Shown here: piece by piece, positions 1-8,475 of the stretch
How positions within the stretch are numbered: position 1 is the stretch's first letter
Layout: every line of letters starts with the position of its first letter
NCBI GenBank assembly: GCA_900319345.1
Contig: ONNZ01000010.1
Coordinates: 12,946-76,945 of the forward strand
Reading direction: 5' to 3'
DNA: 64,000 nucleotides
Origin: an uncultured Eubacteriales bacterium
Lineage (GTDB): Bacteria > Bacillota > Clostridia > Christensenellales > CAG-138
Translations under genes and position numbers: made by a program
Notes under the pieces: model-generated
Told to the model about the DNA's origin: nothing
Seen by the model: the letters and a program-made list of their open reading frames with translations, nothing else
Databases searched by the model: none

Positions 1-888
1 AACCTGGGCTACACGTCCCTGGTGGACATTGTTCGCACCATGGACATGACCGGCCTGGGCGGCTGGGAGGAGCCCTACGCCACCGCCTATCAGTCCACCG
101 ATCAGGGCACGCCTGCGAGTGAGGCCGGCACCACCCGTACCAAGAGCGACCCCGGCTTCGCGATTTCTCAGATCAAGCCCTACACGGTCAGCGTGACCAG
201 CCTGGTTGACAAGAACATCGCCCGTCTCTCTCCCTCTCTGTACCTGCAGAAAGTCCAGGATCTGGCCTTCCGGGCCCTGCGGAACAAGATCGCCGCCCTG
301 ATCCTCAAGGGTGACGCCGAAGCTACGCACGTCATGTACGGCATGCTCAACGGCACCAACAAGGACGGGGCCTCCATCGTGACCACCGTCGCCGCCACCG
401 TCGACACCGGCTACGGCAAGATCGACGACCAGCTGCTGAATAACCTGTATTTCGGGTACGGCAACGACTACGAGGCCGGCGGAAATGCCATGCTTTTCCT
501 GAACAAGACCGACCTGAAGGCCTGGGGCGCGCTCCGCGGCACCTACGAGAAGCGCAGGATCTTCGCCATCGATCCCCTGCCCGGGAACGCCAACCGTGGC
601 ACCATCTCCGACGGTGGCATGATCGTGCCCTACCTGCTGGATCCCAACCTGACCGCGGTGAACGGCACCGCGCAGGCGGCGGCAAGCGGCGAGGACAAGC
701 TGTGCTGCGTGTACGGCGATCCTCTCAACTACCTGCTGGGCATCTTTGGCGACTACACCATCCGCGTGGACGAGTCCGTCAAGTCCATCGAGAGGATGTA
801 CGCCGTCCTGGGCGACGCGACCGTCGGTGGCAACGTCATCGTGAAGGACGGTTTCGTGGCGGCCAAGATCGCCAAGGCAGCGTCCTGA
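1..888 (+). CDS. Phage major capsid protein (HK97-fold type), 5' end cut by the window edge
   Basis: The frame is open from nt 1 (NLGYTSLVDIVRTMD...) and stops at TGA 886-888, immediately followed by TAA. It lies directly upstream of the connector and tail genes. The C-terminal sequence GDYTIRVDESVKSIERMYAVLGDATVGG is capsid-like by recall. Confidence 0.65.
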   Translation, partial: NLGYTSLVDIVRTMDMTGLGGWEEPYATAYQSTDQGTPASEAGTTRTKSDPGFAISQIKPYTVSVTSLVDKNIARLSPSLYLQKVQDLAFRALRNKIAALILKGDAEATHVMYGMLNGTNKDGASIVTTVAATVDTGYGKIDDQLLNNLYFGYGNDYEAGGNAMLFLNKTDLKAWGALRGTYEKRRIFAIDPLPGNANRGTISDGGMIVPYLLDPNLTAVNGTAQAAASGEDKLCCVYGDPLNYLLGIFGDYTIRVDESVKSIERMYAVLGDATVGGNVIVKDGFVAAKIAKAAS

Positions 889-897
889 TAAGCGGCT

Positions 898-1227
898 ATG
901 GCGACGGGTCAGGAGACCGCGCAGGCGGATGTGGCCGCAACGCTGGCCCTCCGCGCCTGCCTGGACTACATGCGGGTGGATGAGGACGAAGACGGCCGTA
1001 TCGAGCATGAGTTTATACCGGCGGCCAAGGCATACTTGGCCGGTGCCGGGATCCAGGAGGCGTCATATACCGACCCTCTGGAAAAGTCTCTGTACGATCT
1101 GGCCTGGCACGCTCTGACGCTGCATTACTACGACCACCGGGACGCGGTCGGTGAGGAAGCTCCCTTCCCCACCGGCCTGCGGCCGATCATCAACCAACTG
1201 AAGCACTCCGGCGCGGGGTGCATCTGA
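898..1227 (+). CDS. Head-tail connector (gp6-like) protein
   Basis: 109 aa. The sequence ALRACLDYMRVDEDEDGRIEHEFIPAAKAYL fits the gp6-like connector pattern. It lies between the capsid and major tail genes. No SD precedes its ATG. Confidence 0.55.
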   Translation: MATGQETAQADVAATLALRACLDYMRVDEDEDGRIEHEFIPAAKAYLAGAGIQEASYTDPLEKSLYDLAWHALTLHYYDHRDAVGEEAPFPTGLRPIINQLKHSGAGCI

Positions 1228-1231
1228 CAAT

Positions 1232-1248
1232 GTGTCCGATTCGGACAC
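1232..1248. promoter_or_regulatory. 17-nt palindrome GTGTCCGATTCGGACAC (7-bp stem, 3-nt loop), copy 1; function unknown
   Basis: Read directly. It lies 4 nt after the TGA of the connector gene and exactly 15 nt before the ATG of the major tail gene. No T-run follows it, so it is not an intrinsic terminator. An identical copy sits at 8129-8145. Confidence 0.6.
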
Positions 1249-1263
1249 GAAAGGAGGCAAAAC

Positions 1264-1677
1264 ATGGCAAAAAGCAGAGCCCTGGGCACCACCCTGAAGG
1301 TGAACAGCAAGGCCGTGGGCGGTCTTACGACCATCAACGGCATCGAGATCAGCGCGGAGACCGTGGATCTGACCGCCCTGGACAACGCCACAGGCTACCG
1401 AGAGAAGGAGCCGGGCTTCAAGGACGCTGGCGAGGTCACCGTCAGCGGCTACCTGGACGGCAGCGACCAGGGGCAGGATGAGATGTACACCCTGCTCAAC
1501 AGTGGCGCCACCACCACCTGCAACATCGTCTTCCCGGCCAAGATCGGCAAGACGTGGACCTTCACTGCCGGTGTCAGCCGTTTCGTCACCGGCGCCGGTC
1601 TGGAGGGCGGCGTGACATTCGAGGCCACCTTGCTGGTGAGCGGGCAGCCCGTGCTGGCCGCATCGGCGAGCGAGTAA
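1264..1677 (+). CDS. Major tail protein (small phi13/TP901-1-like type)
   Basis: 137 aa with SD AAGGAGG 8 nt upstream. It lies immediately before the chaperone and tape measure genes. The sequence is Gly/Thr/Ser-rich and beta-type. Confidence 0.7.
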   Translation: MAKSRALGTTLKVNSKAVGGLTTINGIEISAETVDLTALDNATGYREKEPGFKDAGEVTVSGYLDGSDQGQDEMYTLLNSGATTTCNIVFPAKIGKTWTFTAGVSRFVTGAGLEGGVTFEATLLVSGQPVLAASASE

Positions 1678-1689
1678 TCGGAGGAATTC

Positions 1690-2082
1690 ATGGACGACAA
1701 GAAAACGACCGAGAAGCCGATCCCTACCATCGAGCTGGGCGGCCGCGTCTGGTTCCTGAAGATCAACCATCGGGTGCTTGAGCGTTTTTCCGCCATCTCC
1801 AAGTGCAGCATGGAAGCGTTTCTCAATGTGATTGAACGCTACGACATGATGGTGCTGCTGCTTTGGCTCATGATGTGCGAGACGCGTCAGGATCTGACCA
1901 GAGGCGGGCTGACCGACTGGCTGAACGATATGCCGGTATTCGAAGCTGTGAATCTGGTGACGGATGCTGTGTCAAAGGCAATAGAGTATTCCTTCCCCGA
2001 TTCCGACTCCGAGACGGATGAAACGCCGGCTGAGGATGCCGATGAGACGGAGCCCGGAAACCCTACGAACGAGGATATCTGA
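1690..2082 (+). CDS. Tail assembly chaperone (G-like, zero-frame product)
   Basis: 130 aa with SD GGAGG. It has a strongly acidic C-terminus (DSDSETDETPAEDADETEPGNPTNEDI) and sits directly upstream of the tape measure gene. Confidence 0.65.
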   Translation: MDDKKTTEKPIPTIELGGRVWFLKINHRVLERFSAISKCSMEAFLNVIERYDMMVLLLWLMMCETRQDLTRGGLTDWLNDMPVFEAVNLVTDAVSKAIEYSFPDSDSETDETPAEDADETEPGNPTNEDI

Positions 2083-2384
2083 CCGAGAGCCGCCTGCTGG
2101 CCGCACGGATCGGGATCGGCGCGGACGAGTTCGAGCGCCTGACGCCTTTTGAGCTGTCCCTGTACGCTGAGGCATACAGGGACAGACTTGAAGACGAAGC
2201 TCGCATGACCAAGGCGAGGATATACGCCCTCGCCGCCATGGTCAGGGTCATGATGAACAGCAAATTCCCGCCGCGGTACGAGTCGATCTTCCCGGAAGAT
2301 GTCCCCAAAAAAGAAATGACCGATGAAGCCATGTTCGCCCAGGTACAGGCGCTGAATCGGCTTTTCGGAGGAACGGAGGCTTGA
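2046..2384 (+). CDS. Frameshift extension of the tail assembly chaperone (T-like); predicted product joins 1690..2064 with 2064..2384 by a -1 shift
   Basis: The -1 frame is open from 2046 to TGA 2382-2384 (1 nt before the tape measure ATG). It reads KPYERGYLTESRLLAARIGIGADEFERLTPFELSLYAEAYRDRLEDEARMTK... and has no start codon before 2205. The heptamer A-AAC-CCT at 2058-2064 fits the slippery pattern X-XXY-YYZ in the zero frame. Confidence 0.55.
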   Translation, partial: DGARKPYERGYLTESRLLAARIGIGADEFERLTPFELSLYAEAYRDRLEDEARMTKARIYALAAMVRVMMNSKFPPRYESIFPEDVPKKEMTDEAMFAQVQALNRLFGGTEA

Positions 2385-2385
2385 T

Positions 2386-4761
2386 ATGGCTGTTGTGAAA
2401 AACTTAATGGTGCGCGCCGGAGCGGATTTTTCGGCGATCACCACACAAGCCAACAAGGCATCGAAATCCATGCGCGGGATGCAGTCGAGCGTCTCGCGCT
2501 CCTGCGGTTTGATGAGCAAGGCCGCGAGCGGCTTGAAAAAGGTCCTGAGCGTCACTGCCCTTGTTATGGCTGCAAAAGCCATATACAATTACGGCAAGGA
2601 AGCCGCCGAGGCCTACGACACGCAGGTCCAGGGCGAGATGAAGCTGGCCACCGTCATGCGCAACACCATGGGCGCTTCCAATGCCGAGATTCAGAGCATC
2701 ATGGATCTGGTCGCCGCACAACAAGAGCTTGGTATTGCAAGCGACAGCGCGCAGCTGGCTGGAGCACAGGAACTGGCCACGTATGTAAAGCAAAAAACCA
2801 CCCTGGAGACGTTGATTCCGGTGATGAACGACATGGCCGTGCAGCAGTATGGCTATAACGTCACCGCGCAGGAAACCGCCAACATCGCCACGATGCTGGG
2901 AAAGGTCATGAATGGCCAGGTATCCGGCTTAAGCCGTCTCGGCTATTCCTTTGACGATGCACAGAAGGCCGTTCTTAAATACGGCACCGAAACCGAACGC
3001 GCTGCGATGCTGGCCAAGGTAGTAGGCGAGAGCGTAAACGGCATGAACGCCGCCCTGGCGTCCACGCCCACGGGCCGGATGCAGCAGCTGAAAAACACCC
3101 TGGGCGACATCAAGGAACGGTTTGGCCAGGCGGTTCGGACCATCGGGACCGTTTTCCTGCCCGATTTGAACGCTGTGGGCAGTGCCCTGGCTGGGATCGC
3201 CACCATCGCCAACAAGGTGGCGCAAACTATCGCCAATGTTTTCGGCGGTACGGCCGCCGGGAAGGAGTGGCAGTGGAGCGGTATCTCTGCGGGCATTTCC
3301 GACACGGCCGATGCCGTGGACGATCTCACCGATGCACAGTACGGTAGCGCCAGCGCCGCAAAGAAGCAGAAGGAGGCTCTGCAGACCGCCTCTTTCGACA
3401 CGCTGAACATTCTGAAGGCTACGGACACCGCCGGAAGTGGTGGTGGCGGTGGCGGCGGATATGGCGGCGGATATGGCGGTGGAGGCGCCGGAAGCAGTCC
3501 GATCAACGAGACCGAGACGGCGGCAGAGGAAGCCGGCGGCACCATCGGGTGGTTACAGGAAAAGCTGGAGAAACTAAAGACCAAATGGGAGGAATTCAAG
3601 TCCGGTCTGGATCTCGACCGTCTAAAGGCTACCTGGGGCGATCTAAAGGAGGCCGTCAAAGGTTTTTGTTCTGCAATATCGGAGATATTGAAACCACTAT
3701 GGGATACTATCCTCAAACCTCTGGCCACGTGGATCATCAATACAGCCCTTCCAGGCATACTGAAGGTACTTGCGGAAACTATTAACTTTATCAGTAAAGC
3801 CATTGGAACCCTGAAGGACGTTATCGGAAAGGTCAAGGAAGCCATCAAAGCTTTTGGCGAAAGCTTGAGTAACTTCGGCCAACGGATTAAGGGAGCCTTC
3901 GGTGAAGCTAAAGAGACTGTTAAAGCCGATCTACAGAACATAAGCACCTCCGCGACGGATTTAGGCCGAAGAATCAGGGACGCCTGGAACGACATCAAGG
4001 AGAGTGTCAATAGAGGAAGAGAGTCCATCAGCACAGGCCTGCAAAACCTGATCGCCGCATTTAGGGATAGCGACAAGAGTATCCTCGACAGCTTCGCAGA
4101 TCTCGCCCGTAGGATCGGAACTGCATGGAGTGACATCAAGGCAAGTTTTACCAGGGGGAAGGAATCTATCGGCAACGGATTTCAGAACCTGGTTTCGTCA
4201 ATCAAAACCGCGGGGCAGCATATCTTCGACGGCATGACGTGGCCATTCCAAAAGGCCTACGACTGGATCGCTGGGTTCATCGATAAGCTCAAGAAGAAGT
4301 TGAACTTTAGTTGGAGCATTCCGCGGCCGAAGCTCCCACATGTAACCTTTAAGTGGGATCGCATAAAGGTTGGGGACTGGCTCAATATTCCGATCCCGAA
4401 GTTCTCCGTCGACTGGTACGCCAAGGGCGGCGTGTTCGACCGGGCGAGCCTCATCGGCGTGGGTGAGAACGGCAAGGAGGCGGTGGTGCCTCTGGAAAAG
4501 AACACGGGTTGGATCTCCAAGGTTGCTTCGGAGTTGGCCGCACAGATGGCTGGCGGCTCCGGGCTGCTGGGCGGAGAAGCGCTGATCGAAGGCATCCATG
4601 ACGCGGTGTATGAGGCCATGATGGCCGTTATGGGCATGCAGAGCCGCGGCGGAAGCCACAAGACGGTGTTCAACATCAACGGCCGGGAATTCTTCCGGGC
4701 CGTATGGGACGACTACAAGGCCGTGGCCAGAGAGCGCGGCGTTTCGCTGGTGAATACGTAA
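2386..4761 (+). CDS. Tape measure protein
   Basis: At 791 aa it is the longest ORF of the tail block. It has an Ala/Gln-rich helical sequence, an internal Gly run and tandem 47-aa repeats, and it follows the chaperone pair. Confidence 0.85.
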   Translation: MAVVKNLMVRAGADFSAITTQANKASKSMRGMQSSVSRSCGLMSKAASGLKKVLSVTALVMAAKAIYNYGKEAAEAYDTQVQGEMKLATVMRNTMGASNAEIQSIMDLVAAQQELGIASDSAQLAGAQELATYVKQKTTLETLIPVMNDMAVQQYGYNVTAQETANIATMLGKVMNGQVSGLSRLGYSFDDAQKAVLKYGTETERAAMLAKVVGESVNGMNAALASTPTGRMQQLKNTLGDIKERFGQAVRTIGTVFLPDLNAVGSALAGIATIANKVAQTIANVFGGTAAGKEWQWSGISAGISDTADAVDDLTDAQYGSASAAKKQKEALQTASFDTLNILKATDTAGSGGGGGGGYGGGYGGGGAGSSPINETETAAEEAGGTIGWLQEKLEKLKTKWEEFKSGLDLDRLKATWGDLKEAVKGFCSAISEILKPLWDTILKPLATWIINTALPGILKVLAETINFISKAIGTLKDVIGKVKEAIKAFGESLSNFGQRIKGAFGEAKETVKADLQNISTSATDLGRRIRDAWNDIKESVNRGRESISTGLQNLIAAFRDSDKSILDSFADLARRIGTAWSDIKASFTRGKESIGNGFQNLVSSIKTAGQHIFDGMTWPFQKAYDWIAGFIDKLKKKLNFSWSIPRPKLPHVTFKWDRIKVGDWLNIPIPKFSVDWYAKGGVFDRASLIGVGENGKEAVVPLEKNTGWISKVASELAAQMAGGSGLLGGEALIEGIHDAVYEAMMAVMGMQSRGGSHKTVFNINGREFFRAVWDDYKAVARERGVSLVNT
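3958..4200 (+). repeat. Tandem in-gene repeat (2 x about 141 nt) inside the tape measure gene
   Basis: DLGRRIRDAWNDIKESVNRGRESISTGLQNLIAAF aligns with DLARRIGTAWSDIKASFTRGKESIGNGFQNLVSSI, read from the translation. Confidence 0.55.
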
Positions 4762-4770
4762 GGAGGGGCC

Positions 4771-5973
4771 ATGCAGCAGCTGCAGTACATCGCTATAGGC
4801 GACCTGTCGTCGCCCTCCTTCACGTTCGAGGGGGACGACATCCGTTCGACCTCCGGAGACTTCAGCGTGGATCTGATAGGCGCGGAGCTCTGCACGGACG
4901 TCATGGAAATCGAAGTCGCCTATGACGACGCCGACGGCACCTTGCGGGCGCTGCCCTGGGCGACGCCGGTATACATCTACAGAGGGGCCTCGCTGGAGGG
5001 GAAGCTCTACAGCGTCAGCGTGACGCGCACCGGAAAAAAGGCTTACCTGATCCGCGTCACCAGCGCCGCCGGAATCCTGGAATACGAGACCTTTTATGGC
5101 GGCATGTATACAGGTGAGACGTTCAGGACCGTGGTCGAGCAGATCATCGGCACCAACGCCCTGCAGCCGTTTGCCGGGGTTTACAGACATCTGATCCGGG
5201 AGTATGATGCCCTGGATTACATGCTGTCAAGCGCCGGCATGGGGAAGTATCAGGATCAGGCGAAAACGCAGGAACACAAATGGGGCTGCTACCTTTCGGC
5301 GACCATGTCCAGCAAGCTCTCCGCGAAGATCAAAATAAACGGTTTTTCGAACGCGGCTTACGATCGGTACATTGCGATCTCTCTGCAGTCTCCCGGGACG
5401 ACATACCTCAGCAAGCTTTTGGGCGTTTGTGCGGGTCTTGACGCTGCGGACACCGTAAGAAACCATCAATACGGGCTTTACATGTCCATGGCTCGTGCAA
5501 GCACGAGCGACTCGTTCCCTGCATTCGGGGATGTATTCTTTGCATATGGCCAGGATGTCATATATTTGGGCAGGCCGGAATCTGCGGAGGAAGCAGTGTA
5601 TGAGATCGCCGTGGATCCCGGCGTTGGTCACGCGGTAATAAACGGCGTGACCTATCCGATTTGGCTTAATCCATCTCTGGCCAACGACGCATGCGCCCTG
5701 CACGTATATGGGGGCGGGGCGGAGTTGTTTGAGACAAGCGGCTCTATTTCCGCAAGGAATAGTTATCCAAATTGTGACTTTGAGACGTTTTATTATCAGA
5801 TCCGGTCTCAGAGTGGGGAGCTGCAGGCTGATCAGACCGCTGTCAAAAACGTCTACACGGGGCAGGTCGGCCTTTACGACTGCGGAACGGGAAAGCTGCG
5901 GCAGCAGCTTCCTTGCGCCTCAGTATTGTCTGACGATCTGGAGCCTTATGACGTCTCGACTTATGGCGGATAG
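4771..5973 (+). CDS. Distal tail protein-like structural protein
   Basis: 400 aa with SD AAGGAGG. It is the first gene after the tape measure gene (the Dit position). It ends in TAG, in the same frame as the next ORF. Confidence 0.5.
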   Translation: MQQLQYIAIGDLSSPSFTFEGDDIRSTSGDFSVDLIGAELCTDVMEIEVAYDDADGTLRALPWATPVYIYRGASLEGKLYSVSVTRTGKKAYLIRVTSAAGILEYETFYGGMYTGETFRTVVEQIIGTNALQPFAGVYRHLIREYDALDYMLSSAGMGKYQDQAKTQEHKWGCYLSATMSSKLSAKIKINGFSNAAYDRYIAISLQSPGTTYLSKLLGVCAGLDAADTVRNHQYGLYMSMARASTSDSFPAFGDVFFAYGQDVIYLGRPESAEEAVYEIAVDPGVGHAVINGVTYPIWLNPSLANDACALHVYGGGAELFETSGSISARNSYPNCDFETFYYQIRSQSGELQADQTAVKNVYTGQVGLYDCGTGKLRQQLPCASVLSDDLEPYDVSTYGG

Positions 5974-6021
5974 CTGCTCTTTAACAATAGATCGGATTTT
6001 CAGACGGATGTACTGTCCAGG

Positions 6022-7746
6022 ATGGCTTTTTCGGAGGGGGTCGACACCATCCCTATATACGGGTGGATTCCGATTTGCACGAAGCGGCAGGCCCTGCAGC
6101 AGCTGCTCTTTGCCACCGGCGCGATACTGGTTAAGGATGAGGACGGCTCGATTCTGTTCACGACGCCGTCGCCGCAGACTGTAGACGATATCGACGAGAA
6201 CTCCGTATATGATGAGGGGCGCGATGACCAGCCGGATCATATCAATTCCGTTGATATCACGGAGCATGCCTATACTCTCAATTCGACGGCCGAGGCGGAG
6301 GTAATCTACGAAAACGCGACCGTGGCAGCGGATGAATACTATATAGCGCCGTTTTCCGTGGCGCCGGCCCAATCTGCCATGAGTGAGTACCCATACAGCG
6401 GTTACCTCACTGTCATCCACGCGAACTGCAACGCCGCATTAGTGTCCGGAACAGGTAAGTTTATGGGACGCCCTTATCTGCACACAGAAAAAATACTGCG
6501 ACGAGAAATTGCCAGCTTCCCGGACGGTCATGCAGCCAGCATACCGGACGCAACGCTGGTGACGTTGATCAACAGCGAGGGCGTGCTGGACCGTCTGGAG
6601 GCTTATTATGGCGGGGCTCACAAGACCCGCGTGGACATTGCCATGGAGGGGCAGCGCTGCGGGTTAAAATATACGCTGACCAGTGCGTTTGGCGAGGCTA
6701 TTTCCGGTTTTTTGGTCCGTGCGAATAAGGTGATCACATCTGTTGTCAGGGCTGCATGCGAGTTTGTCCTGGGCTATACGCCGCCGAAGGCCGGAAACAC
6801 TTATGCAAGCTACGTGATATTGACCGGCAGCGGCTCCTGGACTGTGCCGGCGTCAGTTTTCCAGGCGGACCAGCCGAGGATCCATGTGGTCCTGATCGGA
6901 GGCGGCAGAGGCGGCGACGGAGGGTACGCGGGAGAGAGCGGCGATCAGCCGGAGCCGGGCCAAGGAGCGCAGCCGGCGGAAGGCGGCGCGGCAGGCGAAT
7001 CCGGCAGCGGCGGGAAGATCTTCGAAATCACCATACAAAACCCGGCCGCGTCTTATGCCTACAGCTGCGGACGGGGCGGCTCCGGAGGCGCAATCTCCGG
7101 ATCGCACAGCGCAAACAACCTCGGAAGTGACGGCGGCGACACCACTTTCAGCGGCGGCGGCCAGAGCTACAGCTCGTCAAACGGCTCGGCGAGCGAAAAC
7201 GGAATCGCCAACAGCATCACCGGTGAGCGCTATGCCGGGCGCCTGATCAGCTCACGGAAGCCATCCAGGTCAAACCGCGGCGGCGACGGTGGATACTTCA
7301 CGGCGGAGTCCTGGGGCAGCTCGTATCATCTTGCCGGCAACGCATACGGATACGTTATGGATAATTTTTATGAGACCTGGTTTGGAGGCTACGCAGGAGC
7401 CGACGACAACCGGGAAGGCTGGATCCTCGCTCGCGGCGGCGGTGGCGGCGGAGGAGGGTACGGTCAGATCGGATCCAACGGCAGCGCGGCCTCTTATTCG
7501 GACGGCGTATACCGCAGCGGCAACGGGGGTAAGGGCGGAGACGCTACAGAAACCCCTCCCAAGGCCACGGATTACAACCCGGCGTATTATGGCTACGGCG
7601 GCCTGGGCGGCGGCGGTGGTGGCGGCGGTGGAGCTGGTGGATGGGTTACGGAGGGGGACTCCTCCATTGCCGGAACCGGCGGCGCCGGCGGTTATGGCGG
7701 TCGGGGCGGTGACGGCGGGGACGGCTGCGTCCTGATCTACTACTGA
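6022..7746 (+). CDS. Tail protein with a C-terminal glycine-rich domain
   Basis: 574 aa. The N-terminal tail-protein-like part includes IPIYGWIPICTKRQALQQLLFATGA. The segment TGSGSWTVPASVF...VVLIGGGRGGDGGYAG is followed by long GGxGG runs ending CVLIYY. No SD lies upstream, and the ORF is in frame with the preceding one. Confidence 0.55.
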   Translation: MAFSEGVDTIPIYGWIPICTKRQALQQLLFATGAILVKDEDGSILFTTPSPQTVDDIDENSVYDEGRDDQPDHINSVDITEHAYTLNSTAEAEVIYENATVAADEYYIAPFSVAPAQSAMSEYPYSGYLTVIHANCNAALVSGTGKFMGRPYLHTEKILRREIASFPDGHAASIPDATLVTLINSEGVLDRLEAYYGGAHKTRVDIAMEGQRCGLKYTLTSAFGEAISGFLVRANKVITSVVRAACEFVLGYTPPKAGNTYASYVILTGSGSWTVPASVFQADQPRIHVVLIGGGRGGDGGYAGESGDQPEPGQGAQPAEGGAAGESGSGGKIFEITIQNPAASYAYSCGRGGSGGAISGSHSANNLGSDGGDTTFSGGGQSYSSSNGSASENGIANSITGERYAGRLISSRKPSRSNRGGDGGYFTAESWGSSYHLAGNAYGYVMDNFYETWFGGYAGADDNREGWILARGGGGGGGGYGQIGSNGSAASYSDGVYRSGNGGKGGDATETPPKATDYNPAYYGYGGLGGGGGGGGGAGGWVTEGDSSIAGTGGAGGYGGRGGDGGDGCVLIYY

Positions 7747-7758
7747 GGAGGTGAGCCC

Positions 7759-8127
7759 GTGACAAGCCTGAAAATCAACGGCACCGAGATCGCCGGCTAT
7801 ATCAAGGTCGACGGATTTGAATGGCAGCGCAATGACGTGGACGGCTCCGGCGCCGGCCGGGCGGTGACCGGCAAAGCGATCCGGGATCTGGTGGCAAGCA
7901 AGATCCGACTGGACTGTACCTGCCGGGAACTGACGGGCGCCGAGCGCACGACGCTGGAAGGACTGGTGTTCGCCGCCCCGTTTCTGACCGTCACTTGCGA
8001 CGACTCCATTTTTCGCGGATCCGCTCGGACCATGTATTGCACCTCGATGTCCAGCGGCTTCGCCCGGCGGAAGCCGAACGGAACCGAGTACTGGAAGGAC
8101 GCCAAATTCGTCCTCGTGGAGCAATAG
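7759..8127 (+). CDS. Phage structural-module hypothetical protein
   Basis: 122 aa with a GTG start and SD GAGGAGG 5 nt upstream. The gene is embedded in the tail block. Confidence 0.5.
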   Translation: MTSLKINGTEIAGYIKVDGFEWQRNDVDGSGAGRAVTGKAIRDLVASKIRLDCTCRELTGAERTTLEGLVFAAPFLTVTCDDSIFRGSARTMYCTSMSSGFARRKPNGTEYWKDAKFVLVEQ

Positions 8128-8128
8128 C

Positions 8129-8145
8129 GTGTCCGATTCGGACAC
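8129..8145. promoter_or_regulatory. 17-nt palindrome GTGTCCGATTCGGACAC, copy 2; function unknown
   Basis: Identical to copy 1. It lies 1 nt after TAG 8125-8127 and exactly 15 nt before ATG 8161. No T-run follows it. Confidence 0.6.
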
Positions 8146-8160
8146 AATTAAGGAGGCACT

Positions 8161-8475
8161 ATGTGGAAAGCAAGAGGCAATGATCTGCAGATAGACGAGG
8201 GCGACTACGGCGTCGCTCTCCCCTTCGTCGTCAAAGGGACCACGCTCACCGCTGCGGACTGCATGCGGTTCGTGTTCATGGACGGACAAAGCGGGGAGAC
8301 TGTGCTCGAAAAGAGCTTCACGGATATCCAGAATAACACCGTGTTGTTTATCCTCACGCAGGAAGAAAGCGCCCAGCTCCCTGGCGGCGCGTACGTGTAC
8401 GACCTGGAGTGGTATCAGGACGGCGTCTTCCAGTGCAAGCTGATACAGAACGGGATCTTTAAGGTGGTGGCGTGA
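8161..8475 (+). CDS. Phage structural-module hypothetical protein
   Basis: 104 aa with SD AAGGAGG. Its stop codon abuts the next start (TGAATG). Confidence 0.5.
   Translation: MWKARGNDLQIDEGDYGVALPFVVKGTTLTAADCMRFVFMDGQSGETVLEKSFTDIQNNTVLFILTQEESAQLPGGAYVYDLEWYQDGVFQCKLIQNGIFKVVA

Noticed and set aside
3433-7743. GGC/GGT-rich repetitive tracts considered as CRISPR-like or satellite repeats
   Set aside because: They are in-frame glycine codon runs inside two phage structural genes, with no regular repeat-spacer architecture.
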